DNA from: Octopus vulgaris
Taxonomy: Eukaryota
Reading direction: 5' to 3'
Length of the DNA stretch: 64,000 bases
Assembly: GCA_951406725.2 (NCBI GenBank)
Contig: OX597821.1
Location: forward strand, 86,924,001 to 86,988,000
This document shows positions 54,301 to 63,585 of the stretch, piece by piece. Below the pieces are notes generated by a model, which worked only from the letters and a program-made list of their open reading frames with translations, was not told where the DNA came from and did not search any database. Within the stretch, counting starts at the first letter, position 1; each line of letters starts with the position of its first letter. A program made the translations under genes and the position numbers.

Positions 54301-57300
54301 ACTGGGGTTGATGTAATTGACTGACCTTCCACTCAAAAACTGCCGGCCTTGTCGCAAAATTTGAAACAATTTTTATCATTATGATACAAAAGCTATAGCA
54401 TGCTAATTTAATTAACAGGGACATTATCTTGAGGTTTGGTAACAATAAATTTTCTGGCAAAATATAGGATGGTACATTTCTGTAGATCAACAACAGATGT
54501 CGCAATTCCAATATCCTTCAGCTTCTTAGATAGCAATTTGGGCATTGTGATGGGTGCACTAATTACCATGGGAACAGTTTCCCCTCTTTGCGTTTCACAA
54601 TGTCATCATCCTTCTGTGGTAGCTTGCTTACCAACCACATGGTTCCAGGCTTATTCCCACGGCATGGCACCTTGGGCCTTCTTACTTTAGCTTCAGGCTG
54701 ACCAAAGCCTTGTGAGTGGATTTGGTAGACGGAAACTGAAAGAAGCCCGTTTTATATATATATTTAATAGTTAATCCAAATATGAAAACACAACAACGCG
54801 AGGATGTGGAACAAGTATAGTATTATTGGGGGCTTAGGAAAGAAGGAGGGTTTAACGTTTCGAGCGGAGCTCTTTGTCAGAAACATAGGAAAAGTAAAGA
54901 TCCAAAGAAGGGAAGACGGAGGAAAAGAAATCGCCAACGGTACACACGCGGTCATGTCTGTGTTTGTCTCCCCAACATCGCTTGACAACTGATGCTGGTG
55001 TCTATACGTCCCTGTAACTTAGCAGTTCGGCAAAAGAAACCAATAGAATAAATACTAGGCTTACAAAGAATAAGTCCTGGGGTTGATTTGCTTGACTAAT
55101 GGTGGTGCTCCAGCATGGCTGCAGTCAAATGACTGAAACAAGTAAAAGAGTATCTCTTTGGTGAGCAGGACTGAAAAGATTGAAGACAGACATATTCCTT
55201 CTAGTTAAGCCCTCATCAGATTTCTCACATTTTACTCAGAGAGAAAGATGACAAAGGGGAAGACGAATTTCCTGAATGGTGGGTGAAGATGGCAAGAATG
55301 TGTCACGAAAGTAGTCATGTAAATCCTAACTAATTGTTTCTCTACTTTTGTTTCAGGATATCTTCATCATCAATGTCCCCTTTTCTATGTAACCTGTTTA
55401 TGTAATGACCCTTCATCTATCACATTCATGTCAAAGAAAAAATGTATTTATTATATAATCAAACAGCCCTTTCCATGCTTGCACGGGTCAGATAGAGTTT
55501 GCTGAGAGAAATTTACAACGGCCAGATGCTCTTCTTAATGCCAACCCCACTTGTTTTCAAGCAAGGTAATATTTCTTCAAGGTCAAAAAGAAGATTGGAA
55601 ATGGTCATTGGTATGACAGTCACAACTGTCACGTCATGTCAAGACAAGGAAGCACAAATATACATCGATACATGATGGCTTCTTTCTGCCAACCAAATGC
55701 ATTCACAAGGCTTTGGTCAGCCTAGGGCTAAAATAGAAAACACTTGTCCAAAGTGCCACACTGTGAGGGGCTGAACCTGATATCATAAATAGATAGCCAC
55801 ACCTGTGCCTATAATGAGTTCCATTGTTTCTTTCGTCTCTGTATTTAGTGTTCAAATTCAGCCAAGGTCACCTATGTCTTTTTATCCCTTTGGGCTTGAT
55901 AAAATAAAGTACCAGTTAATTACTGTAGCGAGTGGCATCAACAAACCTCCTCCCCCAAATTTTGGGTCTTGTGCCTCAATCAGAGACCATTTTATCATTA
56001 ACAACATTGGATTGCTAGACAACTGTTATAGCACCGGACAAACTGAAATAGCTTGTGGTACTTAGTGATGATCTTATACATCCTGAATTCAAAACCTGCT
56101 GGGATCATCTTAGCCATTCATCCCTTTGAATGTTGACAAAATAAAATACCAGTCTGGTACTGAAGTTGATGGTTCTGACTAACCTCAACAACTCGCAATT
56201 ATTAATTAGAGCCTTGTCTCTAATTAGAAACAATTACAACAGGCGCAGAAGTGGCTGTGTGGTAAGTAGTTTGCTTACCAACCACATGATTCCGGGTTCA
56301 GTCCCACTGCGTGGCACCTTGGGCAAGTGTCTTCTATAGCCTCAGGCCGACCAAAGCCTTGTGAGTGGATTTGGTAGATGGAAAATATATGTATGTATGT
56401 CTGTGTTTGTCCCCCCAACATCGCTTGGCAACTGATGGTGGTGTATTTACGTCCCTGTAACTTAGCGGTTTGGCAAAAGAGACTGATAGAATAAGTACTA
56501 GGCTTCCAAAAAATAAATCCTGGGGAATTGATACTAGTGTTTGTGCTGGTGCTACATTAAAAGCATCCAGTACACTCTGTGGTGTGGTTGGACATTAGGA
56601 AGGGTATCCAGCTGTAGAAACAGTGCCAGAACAGACAATGGAGCTTGGTGCAGCCCCTGGCCTTACCAACCCCAGTCAAACTGTCCAACCCATGCCAACA
56701 TGGAAAACAGACGTTAAATGACGATGATGATATATGTGTACATGTATGTGTCTTTGTGTTTGTCACTGCTTGACAACCACAGTTGGTTTGTTTATGCCAA
56801 TTTGTTCAAGTAAAACCTTTCAAGGGAGTACCCCGGCATGACCACAGTCCAACAACAAAGGATAAAAAAAAGAAGATACAAAGATCTTTCTCTTGCATTA
56901 CATCATTGGTCGGCCTGGTCTGTGGCAGAGTATATTTGCCCAACAGAGCAAGGCTATGAGGAAAAAACAAAAAAAAAAAGCACTTATTTGCAAAACGTGT
57001 AAGGATTGATGACAGAAAGAGTACTTGATTGTAAAATCCTGCCTCAAATAAGTCCTGATCCAACTATCTAACATGATAATGAATGGTTCAAATTCCACTT
57101 AAAGTTAACTTTGGCTTCCACCTCTTTGGAATCAATAAAATAAAGCACCAGTAAAGTACTGGGGCTTTGGCATTGACTAACCACCTCCCCATAAAACCGC
57201 TAGCCCTGAGCCTAAATTAGAAACCACTACTACTAATATTATTATTATTATAGATGTCACACAGTATATAATATCACAAGGTTGTTGATTGAAGATATTG

Positions 57301-57717
57301 TGTCTACTGGGGGTTTCTATTGTTTGTCAAGTCACAACAAGGACCACAGACAAATTTACTGTGTGTAGTTCCAAGTAATGCTGACTTTTGCAATACACCT
57401 AGATTAAAGCATATTTCTAAAGTTTTCAGATGTTTTTTTTGAGGTTGGCTGGTATTGAACCTAATGCTCTGATGACAAAAGGGATAACCTTAACCTTTAT
57501 GTTTGACTCTCATAGCTGCCATATTTTAGCGATCTCAATTCTCAGGTCTCCATATTTATCAGCCTTTTCTCTTAAAGTGGTGGAATCAATAGAAAGCAAG
57601 ACAAAATATTTAGTAACATTTTGTATTTCTTTACTTTCTGAGTTCAAAATCCAGTGAAGTTGACTTGGCCTTTCATCCTTTTGGGGTCAATAAAATAAGT
57701 AATCAGTCCAGCATTGG

Positions 57718-57749
<32 letters not shown>

Positions 57750-60700
57750 GAAGGCAATGAGCTGGCAGAATCATTAGCATTCTGGATGAAACACTTGGCG
57801 GTATTTCGCCCGCTGCTATGTTCTGATTTCAAATTCTGATGAGGTTGACTTTGACTTTTATCCTTTTGGGGTCAATAAATTAAGTACAAGTGAAACACTG
57901 GGGTTGATGTAATCAACTAGTCCCGTCCCCACAAATTTCAGGCCTTGTGCCATAGCAGAAAGGATTATTATTATTATGACGATGAGCTGGCAGAATTGTT
58001 AACATGCCGGACAAAATACTGAGTGGAATATCTTCATATTCCGAGTTCAAATTCCATTGAGGCTGACTTTGCCTTTCATCTTTTGGGGTTTGATGAAATA
58101 AATACCAGTTGAGTATTGGAGGTCAATATAAATATAATCAACTAGCACCCTACATAAACAATTTCAAAATTAGTGGCTATAGTAGAAAGGATTATTATTA
58201 TTATTATTATTATAGCAGTAATTTGGCAGAATCACTAGAGGATTAGGAAAAAAATGCTTAGGGATATTTTGTTTCTTTATGTTCTGGGTTCAAATCTTGC
58301 TAAGGTCAACTTAGGTTTTTGTCCTTTTGCAGTCTATAGAATAAACTACCTGTTTAGTACTGAGAGTCTATGGTATCAACTAACCCTGGTCCCATTAAAT
58401 TTCAGGCCTGTACCCAAGATAAAAACCACCACCACCATCATCATTATACACTGTTCTTAACAGTTTGGAAACAATAGCTGGATGGAATCATTTCACTTCA
58501 TTTATAGGGATCTGCATGAATAGCAAGTGTTTACATTTCCATTCTGCTTGTAAAAAGCAGGTTTTATACCCATGTCCCAAAACTATTATCATGATACAAT
58601 TGGTAAATTGCAGAACTGGTAAAGTGTTGGACAAAATTCTTAGCTGAATCTCAATTCAAAATATGAAGGAACATTAATAAAGGCAACAGGGTTAAACTGT
58701 ACCTTTCATCATTGGGGTCTTGATAAGCATAGTAAAGTAAAGTAAGCATAGTAAAGTAAGCTTAGTAAAGTAAATCAATCATATTCCTCCTACTCACAGA
58801 AATTTCTGGCTTTGTTCCTAAACTAGATTCATTATTATTTAGGTGTAGGCATGGCTATGAAGTTAAGAAACTCATTTTGCAGCCAAGTGGTATCAGGTCC
58901 AGTCCCACTGCATTGCACCTTAGGCAAGTGTTTTCTGCTATGTGTGCTAAACTAAAATGATTGCAGCATGGAAGACATAAGCCATTCAGAAACACATGAA
59001 GACCATTAACTTTACTAAGTCAAACATTTATTTGTAATGGCTGATGCCAGCGCCGCCTGGGCTGGCTTCCATGCTGGTGGCACGTAAAAATCACCAACTG
59101 ATCATGGTCGTTGCCAGCCTCCCCTTGCACCTAGGCCAGTGGCACGTAAAAAATCACCCACTACACTCACGGAGTGGTTGGCATTAAGAAGGGCATCCAG
59201 CTGTAGAAACACTGCCAGATCAGACTGGAGCCTGGTGCTGCCTCCTGGCTTCCCAGACCCCAGTTGAACCGTCCAACCCATGCTAGCATGGAAAACGGAC
59301 GTTAAACAATGATGAGGATGATGATAGTGTCAAAATTTTTGTTGCTTGAAACTGTGACCAGTTCACTGATAAAATATTCTGTTGCATTTTTGCCAATGAA
59401 CAGGTCACAGTTTCAAGCGATGATAATTTTGACACAATATTACATATAAATGCTTAAAGGAAGTTGATAGGTTTCGTGTAATTCTGATTGGGTAACTTAT
59501 GTCTTCCAAGCAGTAACCACTTTTAATTTCAGCACACAATTTCAGATCATGAAAAGGATAGCTGAGAGAAGTGCTGATCTCTAACTGTGGAGGGAACCTG
59601 TGGAAGAGGTAGACCCAGGAAGACATGGGACAAGGAGATGAAATATGATCTTTGAACGTCAGGCCTCATGGAGGCAATGACAAGTGACCAAGACCTTTTG
59701 CGATATGCTGTACTTAAGAAGACTTGTCAAGCAAAGTGAAGTCATATTTGTGGCCAATGCTGCTGGTGTCACATAATGGCACCTGTGCCAGTGGCACGTA
59801 AAAAGCACCCATGACAGTCTTGGAGTGGTTGGTGTTAGGAAGGGTATCCAGCCATAGAAACCATGTCAAATCAGACTGGAATATGGTGCAACTCTTTGGC
59901 TTACCAGTTCCAGTCAGACTGTCCAATCCATGCCAGCAAGGAAAAGCAGATGCAAAAGGATGATCTCCATGTGTGTGTCTGTGAATCTCCACCATCACAA
60001 CATAACCAGTGTTGGTTTGTTTATGTCCTTATAAATTAGCAGTTTGACAAAAGAGACCAGCAGAATAAATAGTTGACTTAAATATTGCAGGCCAATCTGT
60101 GACTAAAACTGTTCAAGGCAATGCCCCAGCATGGCAGCAATCCAATGACTGAAGCCAGTAAAAGATAAAAGAAATGATTACTATTATCATATCTTACTCT
60201 TTACTCTTTTACATGTTTCAGTCATTTGACTGCGGCCATGCTGGAGCACTGCCTTTAGTCGAGCAAATCGACCCGGGACTTATTCTTTGTAAGCCTAGTA
60301 CTTATTCTATCGGTCTCTTTTCCCAAACCGCTAAGTTACGGGGACGTAAACACATCAGCATCGGTTGTGAAGAGATGTTGCGGGGACAAACACAGACACA
60401 CGCACACATACATATATATATACATATATACGACAGGCTTCTTTCAGTTTCCATCTACCAAATCGACACACAAGGCATTGGTCGGCCTGGGTGGGCTATA
60501 GCAGAAGACACTTGCCCAAGATGCCACGCAGTGGGACTGAACCCGGAACCATGTGGTTGGTTAGCAAGCTACTTACCACACAGCCACTCCTGCGCCTATT
60601 ATAGTTAATAAAATAACATTAAAGTAAATCCTTATTAGTTAGTGGAAGAAGCAGGCAAGCAGACTAAAAAGCCAGACAAGAACAGCTCCGAGATATATAA

Positions 60701-63094
60701 TATACAAAACAGCATTTCATGTAGCTGCTCAAATCACACAGAGACTAACTTTGCTTTTCCAAGTTAATAAAATAAGTTTCATCAAAGTACTAGGATCAAA
60801 TAAATTGACTATATTCTTTTTTTCCTTACAAAAATGTCTTTGTGCCTAATGAAATGAAATTATCACATTTTCACATCGCCCTCCTCTCTCCGCTCTCCAT
60901 TTCTGTTTTGTTCTTCTGTTCTCTTAGTTTGTGTTCTAATGTCTTGTTATGTGTTAATATCTTTATTTCTTTTCGTTTTTTTCTTTCTTTTAGTTGGGCC
61001 TTGTGGCAGTTAAAAACATCATTATTATCAGCCTCATCATCAACATCATCAACAACAACAACAACAGCACTGTAGAAACTTGCAATATTATGACTCAATA
61101 AAACAACAACAATAACAGCAGCAGCAATAATGGCATCAACCATAAAATGTTGGTGTGACGAAATATTAAGCTATGAAGGAGCAGAACATTTTTACGACTA
61201 TATTATTTCTATTAATGCTGAAACACGAAGTAATTGAATTAATAAGGAAAAGCCAGAAGGAAAAAGGAGAGCGTGGGGTTTGTTGAAATTGAAGACAGCA
61301 CCACTTTTCGAGAAATTATTAATAAATGGCCACTGGAAGGGGGAGGAAAAAATAATACTCTCTTTATTAATTGAAATTGCAGATTAATTTCTAGTTGTTT
61401 ACACGTATTTCCCAAAACTAGATAGCAATTGTCTATTTCCTGTCTTTGTTTAATGGGGAGATGGTGGTAGATATGTTGCTATCACTGTTACTACCACTGC
61501 AGTTGCTGCTTTTGCCATGGGAATATTCGTGCAGGACGAGGCTTTGTCTCTTATTAGCAGACAGGAACTTCATATCCAATTGTCTTTTCAGTTAATAAGC
61601 TATTTCTAAGAGAATTACAGTTGGCCAAGTCATTAGAATACGGTCTAAATAACTTAATAGATCATCAACAGTTCATGTACTGTCTTTGGAACTAACAGCC
61701 CTGCATCTGGAGTTTGTTTCATTCTTAATGACTAGTGGGGATAACTTCAATATAAAGCAAAGGCGATGTGTATTAAATATTGCTGATGAGTGATTCATTA
61801 GCTGCCAGTGCCAAGATCAGATCCTTGCCAAGGACTAATGGAGGGAATGAACATGTTATCAACAATTTTATTGACTGGGACACTGAAACAAGAGCGTGCC
61901 AGATCAGATGCCTTATAATATTTAATTATACACTTCTATTTTCTGAGTTCAAGCCTTCCTTACAGGAATTGCCTTTATCATTACAGTAAAAACTTATTGA
62001 GATAGTGGAGGTACCACTTTTAATTTCAACACACAATCTCAGATCATGAAAAGGAAAGCTGTGTAAAGAAGTACTGACCTCTAACTGTGGAGGTAACCTG
62101 CGAAGAAAATATCTTGGATAAGAAAATATCCACTGTCCATGTCGATTCCTCTTAGACTTATGGTCTCAATCAACCAAAATATTTCAGTAGAGATTTTATA
62201 GACTGTGCCTAGTTTCCTTTCACTTAATTTAAATTCAGTCTCTGTTTATTCTGTTCCAAATCAATTATAGACTTCAGAAGGCATAACACCTTTAACACCT
62301 GGTGATCAGGTGGTTCTAACTTTGAGCATTGCTACAAAGATTGTATTATGCTTATAGGCAATAAACTTAACTTACTCTTTTACTTGTTTCAGCCATTTGA
62401 CTGCGGCCATGCTGGAGCACCACCTTTAGTCGAGCAAATCGACCCCGGGACTTATTCTTTGTAATCCCAGTACTTATTCTATCGGTCTCTTTTGCCGAAC
62501 CGCTATGTGACGGGGACGTAAACACACCAGCATCGGTTGTCAAGCAATGCTAGAGGGACAAACACACACACAAACATATACATACACACACTTATATATA
62601 TATACATATATACGACAGGCTTCTTTCAGTTTCCGTCTACCAAATCCATTCACAAGGCATTGGTCGGCCCGAGGCTATAGCAGAAGACACTTGTCCAAGA
62701 TGCCACGCAGTGGGACTGAACCTGGAACCATGTGGTTGGTAGGCAAGCTACTTACCACACAGCCACTCCTGCGCTTATCTCAGTTTATTTAGTTAAACAT
62801 ATGTATTAATCATAAACTTATAGTTGAGTAATTATTGTCAAGAAGTGGAAACTATCTAATTCTAAAATGCTCGTTCGAACAATTCCTTAGAATGAAATCT
62901 TGAAATGTTGAAAATCCACTCCACTTTGTATGATTGCATGTAATATTTGGGTATTTAAACATCAAGTAAATTAAAAGAGAAAATGGGAAAATGATAGTAC
63001 AGATGGAAGAGAGAATGAAGTGACATATTTACTGACCTTTAATCTGGAGAATAACTCCAAAAACAATAAAACACACAGGCTGCCAGAAAATCAT
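706..63094 (-). CDS. ADGRL-like: Latrophilin/Cirl-like adhesion GPCR, N-terminal 722 aa in 13 exons (SP-lectin-Ig-mucin-HRM-GAIN-GPS); 7TM lies beyond the left edge
   Basis: Exons 63037-63094, 46111-46315, 25621-25730, 14515-14595, 13062-13253, 11072-11452, 8841-8938, 7620-7802, 5358-5541, 3929-4060, 2159-2526, 1658-1704 and 706-832 join at GT-AG sites into one stop-free 2166-nt frame. Lectin+HRM+GAIN/GPS is the latrophilin architecture. Confidence 0.92.
1127..1185 (+). ncRNA. Minimal type-I hammerhead ribozyme motif inside ~34-bp inverted repeats (~1079-1112 / ~1213-1246)
   Basis: ctcaa CTGAAGA [stem II, imperfect closing pair] GAAA ttgattcaa TA ttgag. Confidence 0.6.
1365..1642 (+). mobile_element. 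CR1/L2-type LINE 3' end with (ATT)n tail
   Basis: Encodes [20 protein letters not shown]; related pieces at ~17400-17488 (+) and ~47520-47750 (-). Confidence 0.75.
1658..1704 (-). CDS. Exon 12: start of GPS motif ([15 protein letters not shown])
   Basis: CVFW motif; ttttctag acceptor, gtaagt donor; phase 0-2. Confidence 0.93.
2159..2526 (-). CDS. Exon 11: GAIN subdomain B with long acidic insertion
   Basis: [12 protein letters not shown]...[10 protein letters not shown]...[12 protein letters not shown]; phase 1-0. Confidence 0.92.
3580..3637 (-). ncRNA. Minimal type-I hammerhead ribozyme motif, sense to the host pre-mRNA
   Basis: attcca CTGATGA ggc-aaa-gcat..atgc-aaa-gcc a GAAA tccggga TC tggaat. 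Confidence 0.72.
3929..4060 (-). CDS. Exon 10: GAIN subdomain B
   Basis: DLEIKVAEI...[11 protein letters not shown]; phase 1-1. Confidence 0.88.
4305..4592 (+). mobile_element. 5'-truncated RTE LINE 3'UTR (family D) with internal ~60-bp repeats and (GAT)n tail
   Basis: Near-identical copies at ~12612-12885, 13488-13690, 13865-14250, 17495-17748, 20983-21306, 22830-23313, 27096-27370, 47034-47232, 56540-56730 and 59035-59325. The copy at 59545-59965 keeps the ORF end. Confidence 0.8.
4878..5279 (+). mobile_element. tRNA-derived SINE family B (CORE-like motif, internal TA/TG tract)
   Basis: Head ggagtggctgtgtggtaag...ggttcagtccc; CORE-like cttgggcaagtg motif; multiple copies. Confidence 0.85.
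5358..5541 (-). CDS. Exon 9: GAIN subdomain A
   Basis: [28 protein letters not shown]...ATDNI resembles GAIN helices; phase 0-1. Confidence 0.92.
6916..7143 (-). mobile_element. SINE family C (Meta-domain-like) with 11-bp TSD
   Basis: ctttcatcctttcggggtcgataaa motif; TSD aggctaatata on both sides. Confidence 0.8.
7390..7615. mobile_element. piggyBac-like MITE (TTAA-CCCTT termini)
   Basis: ttaacccttaagcatt ... aatgttaaaagattaa; relatives at ~13690-14285 (split by an RTE insertion) and ~32300-32528. Confidence 0.6.
7620..7802 (-). CDS. Exon 8: GAIN subdomain A
   Basis: VNGTQ...[11 protein letters not shown]...NFTE; phase 0-0, canonical sites. Confidence 0.88.
7852..8238 (+). mobile_element. 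SINE family B
   Basis: Same sequence family as 4878-5279. Confidence 0.85.
8841..8938 (-). CDS. Exon 7: HRM domain end
   Basis: [27 protein letters not shown]; phase 1-0. Confidence 0.93.
10211..10451. repeat. Fold-back element: ~92-bp inverted arms with a 58-nt spacer, containing a hammerhead motif
   Basis: Arms 10211-10302 and 10361-10451 are near-perfect reverse complements. Confidence 0.9.
10286..10335 (-). ncRNA. Hammerhead motif with G3-C8 covariant core
   Basis: tttgtca GTGAACA g gttgt ggatttta gcgac GAAA atat TT tgacaaa. Confidence 0.6.
10611..11050 (+). mobile_element. SINE family B, ending ~20 bp from the exon 6 donor
   Basis: Family match. Confidence 0.85.
11072..11452 (-). CDS. 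Exon 6: Thr/Ser/Pro-rich mucin stalk plus start of HRM domain
   Basis: Poly-Thr tracts then [26 protein letters not shown]; ttttccag acceptor, gtgagc donor; phase 1-1. Confidence 0.92.
13062..13253 (-). CDS. Exon 5: Ig domain, C-G strands
   Basis: IKWSK...[19 protein letters not shown] carries the core Trp and DxGxYxC motif; phase 1-1. Confidence 0.92.
14515..14595 (-). CDS. Exon 4: Ig domain, first strands ([27 protein letters not shown])
   Basis: ttttctag acceptor, gtatgt donor, phase 1-1; GDTVxLxC Ig B-strand motif; absent from the ORF track. Confidence 0.88.
19040..19440 (-). mobile_element. SINE family B (diverged)
   Basis: Reverse-complement family match; further minus copies at ~36060-36480, 53090-53475, 60195-60595 and 62371-62775. 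Confidence 0.75.
21868..22249. repeat. 382-bp palindrome (180-bp arms, 22-nt centre)
   Basis: 21868-22047 is the reverse complement of 22070-22249 with six mismatches. Confidence 0.95.
22360..22465. repeat. 36-bp inverted repeat
   Basis: 22360-22395 vs 22430-22465, one mismatch. Confidence 0.9.
23335..25470 (-). mobile_element. Cluster of nested and tandem SINE family C copies separated by (TAA)n
   Basis: Repeated gaaaggatgaaaggcaaagtcgacc motif; similar clusters at ~36580-37670 (-) and ~57640-58430 (+). Confidence 0.8.
25621..25730 (-). CDS. Exon 3: lectin domain, C-terminal half
   Basis: [36 protein letters not shown] matches the DPCxGTxKYLEVxYxC motif; phase 2-1. Confidence 0.95.
29244..29693. 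repeat. Compound (TA)n/(TG)n microsatellite with higher-order periodicity
   Basis: Alternating TA and TG tracts with recurring tatttata interruptions. Confidence 0.95.
31138..31318. mobile_element. piggyBac-like MITE relic
   Basis: ttaaaacttttgttac ... gtaatcaaaagggttaa; a similar terminus at ~9790-9808. Confidence 0.5.
37750..37960. repeat. Polypurine tract with ~35-bp repeats
   Basis: aaaaggaggcagagagtgagggggaaggagggagt repeated about three times. Confidence 0.8.
38717..40290 (-). mobile_element. Degenerate RTE-clade LINE (RT C-terminal half) interrupted by a minisatellite
   Basis: LEDLDYADA (YADD relic, 40249-40260) and [10 protein letters not shown] on one side; [27 protein letters not shown] on the other. 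Confidence 0.85.
39313..40093 (+). repeat. 24-bp minisatellite, ~32 copies (caggcactattaYgtggtaccgaa)
   Basis: Direct tandem repeats; most units contain GGTACC. Confidence 0.97.
40847..41598. mobile_element. hAT (Charlie-like) non-autonomous element carrying a SINE A insertion
   Basis: TIRs cagtggttcccaa / ttgggaaccactg; degenerate 8-bp TSD atctaatg/acctaaca. Confidence 0.6.
41735..42025 (+). mobile_element. CR1-type LINE 3' end with (TAAC)n tail
   Basis: LRGHSEKL...[17 protein letters not shown]...FKVSLD. Confidence 0.85.
42838..43175 (-). repeat. Same 24-bp minisatellite in inverted orientation, ~14 copies
   Basis: gtgcctgttYggtaccacataata units. Confidence 0.95.
43566..44053 (+). repeat. 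~175-bp direct duplication flanking a 137-bp REL-endonuclease (R4/Dong-like) LINE fragment
   Basis: 43566-43741 matches 43879-44053; the insert encodes [27 protein letters not shown]. Confidence 0.75.
46111..46315 (-). CDS. Exon 2: rhamnose-binding/SUEL (Gal_lectin) domain, N-terminal half
   Basis: [12 protein letters not shown]...[10 protein letters not shown]...C...WNIQC; ctgcag acceptor, gtgagt donor (phase 1-2). Confidence 0.95.
48434..48870 (-). mobile_element. L1/Tx1-like LINE 3' end
   Basis: Frame ...[36 protein letters not shown] then 3'UTR ending cccttatgggtaataaagaaata; clade assignment by recollection only. Confidence 0.55.
49478..49515 (-). ncRNA. Degenerate minimal hammerhead motif
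   Basis: tcttt CTGTTGA a gagc gtag gctt GAAA cg TA aaaga. Confidence 0.5.
50320..50547 (+). mobile_element. SINE family C, full length with 13-bp TSD
   Basis: TSD ttatttgctccaa at 50307-50319 and 50549-50561. Confidence 0.85.
54615..55152 (+). mobile_element. SINE family B interrupted in its TA tract by a ~190-bp hammerhead-bearing insert (~54765-54955)
   Basis: Family B halves flank unrelated sequence. Confidence 0.75.
54850..54884 (-). ncRNA. Degenerate minimal hammerhead motif
   Basis: gttt CTGACAA a gagc tcc gctc GAAA cg TT aaac (G8 to A). Confidence 0.55.
56241..56525 (+). mobile_element. SINE family B, partial
   Basis: Family match. Confidence 0.8.
59545..59965 (+). mobile_element. 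RTE LINE 3' fragment: ORF C-terminus plus family D 3'UTR
   Basis: [39 protein letters not shown] followed directly by family D sequence. Confidence 0.8.
63037..63094 (-). CDS. Coding exon 1: signal peptide [19 protein letters not shown](A); whole exon 63037-63150 includes 5'UTR
   Basis: Polypyrimidine acceptor at 63151-63152, aaaATG context, hydrophobic core, and AAG|gtcagt phase-1 donor matching the next exon. This frame is not in the ORF track. Confidence 0.8.
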
Positions 63095-63117
63095 TTTCAG
63101 GCAGTCCAAAACTAATG

Positions 63118-63138
63118 TTATCGTCCACCGATGAGCAT
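63118..63138 (-). promoter_or_regulatory. Out-of-frame uORF (MLIGGR*) in the 5'UTR part of the start exon
   Basis: ATG CTC ATC GGT GGA CGA TAA ends 23 nt upstream of the main ATG. Confidence 0.55.
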
Positions 63139-63554
63139 CTCAGAAAGTATCTGTTGAAACAAGAATAAAGGAGAAAAAGGTAAGTGTTGATGAAGATAAA
63201 AGCCATTTTTTTAAAGTAAAAATATTGAAATATAACTACATACATTTATAACAGCATTAGTGAAAGGAGTCACCGAGGGAGATACTCGGCAAAATATAGT
63301 GGAAATAACATTTTCATACAAGAAATGCCTTAATTTTTACTTGAAATCTTAGCATTTCTCATCTAGGATTTCTTTTTAAAGCATTTCTTTCTTATCCATT
63401 TCTTACAACTCTAATTGCCATAGCTAATCCAACAAGTATATTGACACAGTCAAACGAACTAAGCATCGTCAACATATTCCAAGTGCTCTATAACTTAGAG
63501 TATGCTTCTTTTTCGGATTCATGATTTACTGACAATACACAAACACATACACAC

Positions 63555-63585
<31 letters not shown>

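Noticed and set aside
63039-63245. 68-aa ORF as the N-terminus
   Set aside because: Wrong frame: it stops before the donor. The signal peptide is in another frame starting at 63094.
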